64,000 nt of DNA, taken from NCBI GenBank assembly GCA_963693365.1, contig CAVNZM010000004.1, positions 14,444,524 to 14,508,523 on the forward strand, in the 5' to 3' direction. This stretch comes from Amoebidium appalachense (taxonomy: Eukaryota > Protista > Ichthyosporea). This document shows, one piece after another, positions 1 to 11,808 of this stretch (position 1 is its first letter; each line of letters opens with the position of its first letter). The notes below the pieces were generated by a model that was not told the DNA's origin, did not search any database, and saw nothing but the letters and a program-made list of their open reading frames with translations. The position numbers and the translations under genes were made by a program.

Positions 1-267
1 TTGATTCTAACCCGCTGATCATGTGGGCCACAGGGCAAGGCTGACGTGTTATCTTGGCTCGAGGCAGGTACGGCACCGCTCTGAGCCGTTTTTTCTCTGC
101 CATACCTGACTGTGTGTGGTTGTGTGGGTGGACCTCGGTACCGGTGGCCAGGTTTTTTTTTTTTTTTCTTTTTGCCCTTTTTTTTTTTTTTGGCCATTTT
201 ATCTACGTAATTTTCACTGCCGTCATTCGTGTGGGAGTGGCCTGCCTAAGTCTGGCACAAATATTCT

Positions 268-379
<112 letters not shown>

Positions 380-1302
380 GGTGGTGTGTGTGTGTGTGTG
401 TGTTTGGGGGGGGGGGGGGGGGGGGGGGGGGGTTGGTTTGAAACAATGCCGCAGGGGTACCGAATTTTTTCAAAGGGGCTGTACATGTGTGTTGCACACC
501 ACTAGTCCAGCCGGTGTGCACTTACTGTGTGATATAAAAAGAGTAAATTTGTTATTGACTCAGTGCCTGGCAGTGCATGCTGATATCATAATATGGAAAA
601 TAATAACTAAGATCAAGCAATGTCAATGGCAATTTCAATGGCAATCTTGAAAATTGATGTAATAGTTTTTACCGTTCCTTTTTTGTCATCATGGCCTTGC
701 TTGTCCCTGCCCCCCTCCCCCCATCCCTCCCCCCTCACATGGACCTGAAGTGCACAGACACGCACACGCCCCAATTAACAACAACAACAACAACAAAAAA
801 AGAGAGAGAGAAAAAAACATCTGCAGCCACCATTATTTATAGTCAGCGCCATGTGTGCATACATACGAATCATGCCGTGTGAAACATTGAGCAGATGTCG
901 CATATTATGACAATGTACACGTGTACTACTCAACCAAATCCGGTACATGCATTCAATATGATATATTTGCCTCGGACGTGGCGCACGGTCCGGTACGCGC
1001 GCAGCGTCGCGCACACACACAGGTGCATGTTGGAGTGCAGACTTACGCTCACTCCACAATATGTGTATGTTAGCTTTACAATTGGTTCCGTGTACACAGA
1101 CACACGCTGACACTCGATCACCACATGCACATCTGCATAGTTGAGGAATGTTGCCAATTGTGTTTTGACTGCAAACGATTGGTTCACTGGTCCCAGAGAT
1201 CTCTAAATGAAAGTAACCAATCCGATTAGCACCTGGCATCCGGATTACATTCCAGACTGCTGCCCCACGGGTATATAAGCCACGTCTCTGCCAGGTGCAG
1301 AC

Positions 1303-1349
1303 ATGGAGTTCAGTCATGGAGTTCAGTCATGGAGTTCAGTCATGGAGTT
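1303..1349. repeat. 13-bp tandem repeat (CATGGAGTTCAGT) x~3.6
   Basis: Read directly from the sequence. Confidence 0.9.
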
Positions 1350-1560
1350 AACACACTGAAAGCAGTAAAAAACGGGTCAGCGCCCAAGCGCGCCACGACG
1401 ACCCTAGTCACAGCGGACTCTACTTCCAACAGTGCACACGTGTACACACGTGCACGTGTACTGGCACGTGCACGGCACATGTACGCGAGAACACAGTAGA
1501 GAACACTGCGTTCTACAAATAAATCAAAGTTCACTGCACGGTGCCGGGTATATATGTACA

Positions 1561-1849
1561 CAAGCCCGAAAATTCAGAAAATTTTGAAGGTATTTTTTCA
1601 AGCCCCGATGTATTTTGGGTTTCGGGTTATGGTATTTTTCGTACCATGTCATTTGGCGGGGCACTGTTTGCGCAATCCAAGCTCGGGAGTTGCTCCGTAT
1701 CTTGCGGGCATATGTCTTATGAGGGGCGTGCGCGCACGCGCAGATGTGTGTATGTGATGCGTCGTGTTTGATAATATATATGTGCATATGTGTTTGTGTG
1801 GGTTGTCTCTCTCTCTCTCTCCTTTTCTCCATATATCTTCTCTCTCTCG

Positions 1850-1908
<59 letters not shown>

Positions 1909-1928
1909 CCCTCCCCCCCCCCCTCCCT

Positions 1929-2014
<86 letters not shown>

Positions 2015-3457
2015 GTCTGTCTCTCGACTCTCTCTTTCACTCAGCTCTCTCCCTCTCTTTAGCTCTCTGGAGCTCCCGGGCCCCAGCACAGATCAATCTA
2101 ACTTGAATAGATGGTGACGCACGCAAAGTGGGACTCAACAACGTTGATAAATAGCATCAGCATTCTCCAGCAATAATATAGGGCAGAAAGAAATACAGTC
2201 TGATGTATGTAAAACATAACACGTGTTGTGGTTGATACCGTTTTGTTGGCCTAAGGCTTAAAAAGATACAGAATTATTTCAGTGAATAAGTTTTTTTTTG
2301 TCTTTTTTCTCCCGTCCCCTTCCCTTCGTTATCATGATGATCATTTTCCCTTCGTTTTTTTCTCTTAACAACAATGTTAGAGTCGTATAAAGGTAAGAAC
2401 ATGTACATGTAAGTAGGAGACTGAGTCTAGTATCGTCTCAACACTGTGTAATACGGAACGAAAAGAGAAGGCCCCCACTTTGAAATGAAATTGTTGGACA
2501 CAGCACATGTCTTCTATCTCTGATGAAACACCGAAAATCTGGAATTACATCCCCCCCCCCCCCCCCCCCCCCCCCCCCACCACCACACACACACACACAC
2601 ATACACAGACACACCCCACCCCCTCCGGCATTCCCAGTGTAAAGGCCTTACAGTCCCCTCTCCCCCACCCCTTGCCCCCCGGGCTCCCCTCCACAAACCA
2701 ACCATCTCCCCCCCTCCCCCCCCCCCCCACACACACACACGAAGTGCTCCCCCTTAGTATCCTGACTCCCCGAACGTTCCTTTCCCTTTTCTCCAGCCCC
2801 CCCCCCCCCCCCCCCCCCCCCCCTAAGTCTTTCCTCCTGAGTTTCACTCTGTCTCTTCCTCCCTAATCCGTTCCTATCTCCCCCCCCCCCCCCTTCCCCC
2901 CTCCCCTGCACATGATTTCCCGTCTCTTTTTTGTTTGTTTGTTCGTTTGTTAGATCACCCTCCAAGTCTTTTGAGTCACATGCTCATACACGACCACACA
3001 CTATCTGGGCCACACACATGATGTGTACCGTGACATGCACACACAAACTGGCGCTTACTCCCTCCGACTCTCTCTGGCCATTTCTCGCTCTCTCTCTCTC
3101 TCTCTGTGTGGGTGTTTGCGTGTGTGTGTCCATGCCATGATGTGTGTGTGTGTCACAGAGAGAGAGTGTGTGTGTATGTGTGCGTGTGTCTGTGTGTGTC
3201 ACGGTGTGTGTGTGTTGTTGTGTGTGTGGGTGTGTGTGCGTGTCAGTGCGTCACCGTAGTGAGCGTGTCTGTGTGTCACGGTGTGTGTGCGTACCCCATG
3301 GTACATTGAGTGTGTGTGACGCGTGGTGTGCGTATGTTTGTGTGTGTGTGTCACGGACACGGTGCGTGTGTGTCTGTATGTGTGTGTGTCTGTGTGTACT
3401 AGTGTGTGGGTGTGTGTGCGTGTCACGGTGTGTGTGTGTGTGTGGGTGTGTGGGTGT

Positions 3458-3528
<71 letters not shown>

Positions 3529-3815
3529 GTGTGTGTGTGTCACGGTGTATGTGTTTGTTTGTGTGAGTGTGTGTGTGTGTGTGTGCAGTGTGCGTGCAGT
3601 GTGTGTATGTGTGTGTGTGTGTGTGTGTGTGTACATGATGTGTGTGTGTGACGGTGTGTACATGTGTATGTGTGTTTGTCAGGGCTGATCATGATCAGTA
3701 CGGGGGACGGGCGTGTACATGTGCGTGTGTATCGTGATGTGTGTGTATGCCATGATGTGTGATACGGTGTGTGTCAGTGTGTGTGTGTCATGGTGTGTGT
3801 GTACGGTGTGTGTCA

Positions 3816-3899
<84 letters not shown>

Positions 3900-3942
3900 C
3901 ACGGTCACAGTGTGTGTGTGTCACGTGTGTGTGTTTGTGTGT

Positions 3943-3995
<53 letters not shown>

Positions 3996-5079
3996 TGTGT
4001 GTGTGCGTGTACGTCAGTGTGTGTGTGCATGTGTGTGTGTGTGTTAACGTGTGTACATATGTGTGTGTGTGTCAGTCAGTCACGGTGGGTGTGTGTTACA
4101 GTGTGTGGCGAGCGTGTACGTGTGGTGTGTGTGGGTGGCTGGGTGGGTGTATGTGTGTGTGCTCTGTGTGTGTGTCACGTGTGTGTACTAGTATGGCAGT
4201 GTGTGTGTGGATAGCGTTTATGAGTGTGTGTGACGGTGTGTGCCGGTGTGTACGCTTGTACAACACTGTGTGTGTGTGCCACAGTGTCACGTCCGTGAGT
4301 ATACACCATACGTGTGCCGTGTACATGTGTATCTGTGTATGTGTGGGCCGGAGTACTAGCTGTGTGCGTGTCTGTGTACATGTGTGTGTGTGTGTGTGCC
4401 ACGGTGTGTGAAGGTGTGTGTGTGCGTGCGTGTGCGTGCGTGCGTGTGTGTGTGTGTGTCGTTGCCGCACGCGCACGAGCGCACACGTGCACGTGCACAC
4501 ACAACTTTTCACACGCATGCACACAAACACACACGTGGACACACACACACACACCGCGCATACAAAAACAAACGGCACCGCACACAGGCACACACGCGCG
4601 TGCGCACGCACGGGCACACACACACACACACAAGTACACATGCGCACACACGCGCGCGCGCATGCACACACACACACACACAAACACAAACACACACATG
4701 TACACACACACACGCACACACACACACACATGTACACACACACACACACGCACACACACACACTATACAGTACGCGCACACACATACACACACGAACACA
4801 CATGCACGCACGCACACACACACACACACACAGACACACACACACACACACACACACACACTCAACACACACAAACACACGCACACACACACGCACACAC
4901 AAACATGTATACAGGCACGCACACACATACACGGACGCACACATAGCACACACACACACACGTGGCGCCACTACTTTGGAATATCCGTATCATATGATGC
5001 CTGTATACGTATGATATCATGGTTTACCACATGTGTTGTGTCATAATACGCAGCCATATGCATGGGGGCCGGGCGGGCG

Positions 5080-5153
<74 letters not shown>

Positions 5154-5269
5154 CTTACCATGTCTTACCATGAAACCTCGGGAGGCTTATCATGAACCGA
5201 AATTTTGTTGGTATTTTCAAATTTTTCTGGGTATTTTGTACCGTAAAAACGGGGTTATGGTCGGGCTTG
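1561..5269. mobile_element. Non-autonomous hAT-like DNA transposon (about 3.7 kb) with a microsatellite-filled interior
   Basis: Terminal inverted repeat CAAGCCCGA (1561-1569) / TCGGGCTTG (5261-5269), flanked by the identical 8-bp direct repeat TATGTACA (1553-1560 and 5270-5277). Subterminal motifs are shared (CAGAAAAWTTTGAA inverted; GGTTATGGT and TACCATG). An 8-bp TSD with CA..TG ends is typical of hAT. No transposase ORF is visible. Confidence 0.8.
3100..4960. repeat. Degenerate (GT)n block followed by a (CA)n block, inside the transposon
   Basis: GT-rich from about 3100-4460, then CA-rich from about 4470-4960. Confidence 0.9.
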
Positions 5270-6018
5270 TATGTACACCGGTGTGTGGTCAATGGTTTTG
5301 CTTCGCTCTAGAGCGATCTGGCTCGAAAAGCAAGTGCACTCTTCGAAATAGATCTATTAGATTGGAGGCCTCATCCTGGCAGTGAGAGTAGACGTACAAA
5401 GTTATTCTGAGTTGTCACACCAATTGAACACTAAAATCCCCTGTATCACATCACACGCCGCTCTCAACGCCCTCTTGCAGGCTACAAAGGGAGTCGCTCT
5501 AATAATACATTAGCGTTTTCGTCCGGCCGGACCGGCAAGCTTTTTGCGAGCCTCGCGCGCGCCTGGCGAAGTTTTTACCCTCCTCACGATTAAGCGATCA
5601 GCGGAATCCAACAAATTTTCTGCATTTTCTATCTGGTTCAGCAAGAACTCGTTATATAAACCGCGAGAACCAAAACATGGCGGTAATCCACCAAGAAATG
5701 AGAAAGTAATATACCATGGCTGCGCTGAGAGCTTCAGCGCACTAAATTAGTACTCCTATGAGTGCTCCTATGCGGCTCGGCCACCACGAGGCCTATAAAC
5801 GAGGCTCGCTGCGATTGGCTGTATGACGGACAAGAGCAGGCAAAAGAGCCAGATCTAAAGATCCCCCAATCAAATACCCAGGCCTTATCGCGGCCATCCG
5901 GGCACATTGGGCGTCACACGCCCACGACGTCAGTCTCTGGCGTAGTCCGGTGTGTCGCCATGAGTGGTTTTTACGTTTTCCGGTGTACCCTGCGAGGGGT
6001 CTAGCCTCCAACAGTAGA

Positions 6019-8331
6019 ATGGCCTCGGTCGTGGCCGGGCCTGCGCCCACCTCGCTGCAGGCCACGCGCATGGGCACTTTCCCTGCGCGGCTGCCTTCCA
6101 GCAGCAGCACGTTTGGGCACCGCGCACGGGCACGGCCCAGTGTGCGCACGTACAGTTTCACCCAGCCTGACGCACAGCCACGCCCTGCTGTGCGCACAAA
6201 CAGCTTTACACAGAACGACACGCAGCCCCCCGCACTGGAGACCTCAGAGAGGCTGCGCGAAAAAACAAGCCCGACATCCGCCCCGTCACCGAACGGCTTG
6301 AGCCGCACGTCCCCCGGGGTCACACGCAGCCATTCGGTGCCTTCAGGGGACCCGCAGAGGTGGCGCACAGCCTCGCTGGCTGCAGACAGGGCGTCCTCGT
6401 GCGTGCAGGAGGAGGAGGCGGAGGGACAGGAGGCCGTGGTTCTGGACACACTCACAAGAGACAGCGTGAAGGGCAGGCTGGCCGCTGTGCTCAGCGATGC
6501 CAACGACCGGCAGCGAGCACAGCAGGCGCTAGACAAGGACCTGCTTGCTGCCAGCGCAAAGGGAAAGACAAGCGCGGTGGGCCGACTGCTTGGCGAGAGC
6601 AGTGCAAACCCCAACTGCGTCACCAGGCACGGCATGACCCCCCTGCACTATGCCGCTGCACGCGGCAGTGCCGATGTGGTGCAGCAGCTGCTGGCTGCCG
6701 GTGCAGACCCGGGGCTGATGGATGCAAAGGGGAATACGCCTCTGGTGAGTGCAGTGTGTGTGTGTGTGTGTGCGTATTTCTGTGTGTAGGGTGGTGGTGG
6801 GTGGTGGGGGGGAGGGGAGGATACATACATGAGGAATTGGGGTGTGCGCGTGTGGTTGGGGGTAGGACGAGGGCCATTGCGAGAATCGCACATGCTAAGT
6901 TAGGTGGGATGGTTGCCTAAAGAAACTTTGAGGGGAATGTTTATTTCGAACCTGTTTGAAGCTACATCAATCTGCTATGTTGATAGGTACGAGGTAAAAG
7001 TGAATGCTTGTCGACATTTTCGGGCAGGGTTGCGGGTGGCTTTTTCCTTCACGTCTTTGGGTGTGGGACACAGTGGCTATTTTTGTTTGCTGAACATCTT
7101 TGAGCCAATCACGCTTAGAATTTTCATATTAATCGGCACTTTTCACATAAATAACCTTTCTTGTCTTTCTTCGGATGACCACCCGGTCTTGGTCCTGTCA
7201 ATTGAAGCCGTGTGCGGGTTAATTATTGCGCGTGAGGTGGGGTCAACTTTGGGTACTACACGGAACTTGGTTTTGATCTGTGCGTGCATTAGCTTTTTCG
7301 CGTATCCCTTCTTGCATACCTCCCACGCACTTTTTGTAGTGGATTTTCATGTGCACTGACCCCCTTCTCCAGGACTTTGCCACGACAAAGGGCCACACCA
7401 GTGTTGTGACTCTGCTGGAGGAGGCCCAGTGTGGGCGGGGCCTTGCTGCCCTTCCCTCCGGCTACAGCGACAGTGCGGGGGCGTCCACATGGCCACGGGT
7501 CAAGAGGGAGCGCACGGCCCCCTCCGAGTCTCAGCTCTACATACACGTGTCGGTCAAGCCAGGCCCAATGGGCGGCCACTTCTTTGCCCCGGTAGGTGTT
7601 TAGGTTGATGCGAAGACGGGGGGAAGGGGGGGAGGGGGAGGAGGGGGAGAAGGAGGATTAATGCTTGTGATGTGCGTTCAGCGTGTGTTGGAGATCTCGA
7701 GGTTGCTTTATGATGGAGGATTGATGATTCTGTTTAGTGAAGTTACAGCCGGCGCCAAAGTGGGCAGGGGCTATGTGACGTTGGTCAGTTTTGATCCACA
7801 TTTGGCCTGTAGCAGGGTGGATACTGGCACTAGTTGGTGCACACAGCGAGGGAGGTGTTTCTTTCGCAAAGTGTTATGCTTTGCTGCTGGGTGGTCCCCT
7901 TTTGCATGTAGCTTTTATTTTTGTTTGTATGTGTGGGCATGCTAATTCACAGTTGGACGCATTGAGTAGATGCTGTGTTCGCATTCCACCCCTTCTGAAC
8001 CCAACCCCCCCCCCCCCCCACCCCCCTTGCCCAGTATACGACATACATTGTGACCATGACCACGCGGTCACCCACCATGGGCCGGCGCACGTTCACCGTA
8101 CGGCGGCGGTTCAACGACTTCTTCACGTTCTACCACCGCATCATGGCCGAGTGCCCCAACAACGACACACGAAAGCGGTTGGAGGCGCTTGAGCCCAAGA
8201 AGACGGGCCTGTACCGCTATCTGAAGGCCACGGTAGAGGCGAGGGCGTTTCTCTTTAAACAGATGCTGAGTGAGGCTGCACACGAGACCGCCCTGCTGCT
8301 GTTTGTCGTGGACTTTCTGAGCGCAGAGTGA
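6019..8331 (+). CDS. Ankyrin-repeat + PX-domain protein; exons 6019-6744, 7373-7591, 8035-8331
   Basis: Ankyrin motifs GMTPLHYAAARGSADVVQQLLAAGADP and KGNTPL|DFATTKGHTSVVTLLE. PX motifs YTTYIV..VRRRFNDF..LEPKK..VEAR. All junctions are GT..AG, phase 0. Confidence 0.85.
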
Positions 8332-8672
8332 GGCTACTTGCACGTATGACCCAAAAATAAAAAGGGGGGGGGGGGGGGGGGGATTTTTAAGGTGGTTTTT
8401 GACTTCTCCGCGGATCTCCGGGGTGTGTTTTTATGCTGAGGTTTGAATTATTTAGTGAGCTGGGCTTGATCAATACACTGCTGGCCACACTTTGAAGCGA
8501 ATTCAGATCGAAGAGCGTCGAGCGTACCTCCTCTAGCTGAGTCACTGTAGTTTCTCAACTGTTACCTGCATGCAACCATTTCTAGACGCTTTTGTAACCA
8601 GTAGGCCGGATAACAACAGGTGAAATGAACTGAAAATTTGATGAAGCGTGGTATTGTGTTTTTGGAATGGGT

Positions 8673-8703
<31 letters not shown>

Positions 8704-9470
8704 GAATGCGGAACATGGTACGAAGTACGCATACACGAAGGACACCTGCAAAGGCAAACATTCAAGTATGCAACATCAGCCATGCGCACAGTATGCGTCA
8801 TAAGCAGAGCCCATCCTCAGGGAGGGCCCAAGTCATCAATTGCGTCTGAGTTTCGACTCCTGGGGGGAGGGGGGGTTGATGGCAGTGGGGCTTGGACTGA
8901 CTCAGGAATTCGAAGACACATGATGCGGACTCAAAGGGGGGGGGGATAGTTGGTGTTTTTGTAAAGACAGAGCATTTAGTAGTGATGATGTACAGTGGGT
9001 GTACAGAATGACAGGCACAGTTCGGGGGCCCAGCCCCATGATATGTACATGCGGGGGGCCAGCCCCCGTCGAATTTTGTAGGTCTTAATTCTAAATATAG
9101 CACGGGGTGGGTGCACACTGCCTGGTGCATGCTGTCACCATGACCGATACGTGTGTGTTCACGTGCTCAGCAGCCCATTGTGTGTCTGCCATGTGTGTGG
9201 GGGGAGCTTACAATGCACCCGTACCCTACATGTGTTAGCAGTGTGGAAGTGAGCGCGTGTAGCCCTGTGTGTGCATGTTGCCTATCGGGAGGGTTACAGA
9301 CCTGTAGCTTTGGGCCTTGTGCAGCGGGGTTCATAACTCCTGCAAATCCTAAATACGTACGAGGGGTATGTGGTGAGGTTCCTGTAAACCCTGAATATGT
9401 ACTAAAGAGCGGGTGTGTGGTGGGGCTCATAGCTCCTATAGCCCTATATGTGCATGTGGTGTGGGGGGGG

Positions 9471-10162
9471 TTACAACTCCTGGCTGGCCTGCACACAGCG
9501 CTGTATTCTGCGCCGATACTCCCGCTTGTCCTCTTCGTTGTTGCTGAAGCACAGCCGGGCTGCAGTGGGGTTGACCAGCAGCATCTGTGTGGGAGCGCGT
9601 GAGGGTGTGTGTCCATGAGTGGGTGTGCATGAGTACCCACTCACCCGTGTGTGTGTGCATGAGTGGGTGTGTCCATGTGTGTGGATGTGCCTGTGTGTGC
9701 ATGCATGTGCCGTGTGTGTGCATCAGTGGGTGTGTTGGTGTGCCCAATTTGTGTGTGCCCATGTGGTTGTGTGTGTTGTGTGAATGGGTGAATGGGTGCG
9801 TCCGTAAGCGCAACCATGCGTGTGTGTGTTGGGTGTGTGCATGTATGGGAGAATCTGCATGCATTCCTGCGTGTGTGTGGGTACCTGGATATTACCGTGT
9901 GTGTGCCCATTGATGTGTGTGTGGTTAAAGTAAGAAAAAAAACATGCCCAGCTGCATTTGGATATAGTGCCATGCAATTCTGCCAGCGCAAGATCAATGC
10001 CCCCAGGGCATGCACGTACGGGGTCCGGAACGGGGGGTCTCTGAGCATGGCCTGGATCTCCAGCAGGATGCGCTTGACGTTGAGTGGCCGCTGCTCGGGG
10101 GGCACGTACACCCTGCAGGGCGGTCAGTGCTCGTGTCTGATTGCAAAGGGGGGGGGGGGGGG

Positions 10163-10209
<47 letters not shown>

Positions 10210-10545
10210 CAGTGGCGGTGATGGTGGTAACGGTGGTGGGGTGGTGGGTGGGTGGGTGGATAGTGGTGGTGGTGAAAATGTGGATGGGTGGGTGTTTGGG
10301 GGGGGGGGGGGGGGGGGGGGGGCTTGTACCCGAGGCGGGGGCGGTCGTCAGTCTCTGTGACGTGGGGGTGGAAGACGGGGTACTGGAAGCGCACACGGGG
10401 AGGTTCGGCCGGGTAGTTGTTGCTGAACACAAGACGCACGGGGAAACAGCCTGCAGCAAATAAGAGGTCACACCACAGCACACCGAGCACACATGCAAAC
10501 ACTGATGCACAAACACACACACATGTAAACACAACACACACACAC

Positions 10546-10584
<39 letters not shown>

Positions 10585-10594
10585 CACACACGCA

Positions 10595-10679
<85 letters not shown>

Positions 10680-11274
10680 TGCCAACACACACAAATGTCC
10701 ACACAAACATGCACACCCATGCACACATCTGCACACATACACATACACACATGTCTCACACCAGGACATTGCACAGCCACAGCATGGACATCTGCACCTT
10801 TGTGCATGCGCCATATCCATTGATCCTGTAAATGGGTTTCTGGGCGCGGGCGCGTGCTAGTGTGTGTTTGCATGTGTGTGGGCGCGCTTGAGCATGTTGC
10901 CATGTGCCCGTGCTCATGCACGTGCAAGCACGTGCACTTACCACCCTCGTAGTGGCCGATGTCGTCGAAGATGCTGGCATTCCACACAAACACGTTCTCG
11001 GGCTCACAGCTCACACTGATGCCGTCTAGTGTCGTCTCTGCAAAATATGGAACATGGTAAGTAGAGGCCAACAGTAGGACCAAAGGAATACACAGTCGGC
11101 ACTAGAGTAGAGCCCATCGTCGGTGTACCCCCGTCATGAGGGGTATCCAGCTCACACTACCAACCCGGCCAGACCATGGTTGCTGAGAGTGGCACTGTGG
11201 TGCAGTGAGTCGCTAATGGCCACGTGTTGCATGGTCCGGTACGACCACACACCAATCCCGCTACACGCCCCACC

Positions 11275-11329
<55 letters not shown>

Positions 11330-11765
11330 CCACACACACACACACACACACACACACCATGCACGTGCACGTACCCTGCAGGCTGTCCCACTCATGGATC
11401 AGGTCCAGCGCTGCACTGGTGCGTCTGCTCGTAAGCGCTGTCTGCAACCACAGTCAGTGTCCACACACACCAAATCAAACTCGCACGCTCCAAGGAGCAA
11501 ACACACTATTATACATGCACATGTACCTTACAGCACATACTCTCATACCCTCACAAACCCAGACGTATACAGAAACCCACACACATTTCCCCCCAGATAA
11601 ATAAATTAGTAAACTTTTTTAAAATACATAAATGAAAACATCAAAGCACACACATCCCCACACATGCACCCACAACCACACCCATCTAATAGATCACACA
11701 TATGCACACCCATACACACACACCCGGAAACACCAAAGCGCTGACACACGAACGCTAACGGTAAG

Positions 11766-11808
<43 letters not shown>

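Noticed and set aside
34-67. Possible isolated exon AG|GGCAAGGCTGAC...GAGGCAG|GTACGG (GKADVLSWLEA)
   Set aside because: It is at the window edge, is too short and has no partner exons that I could identify.
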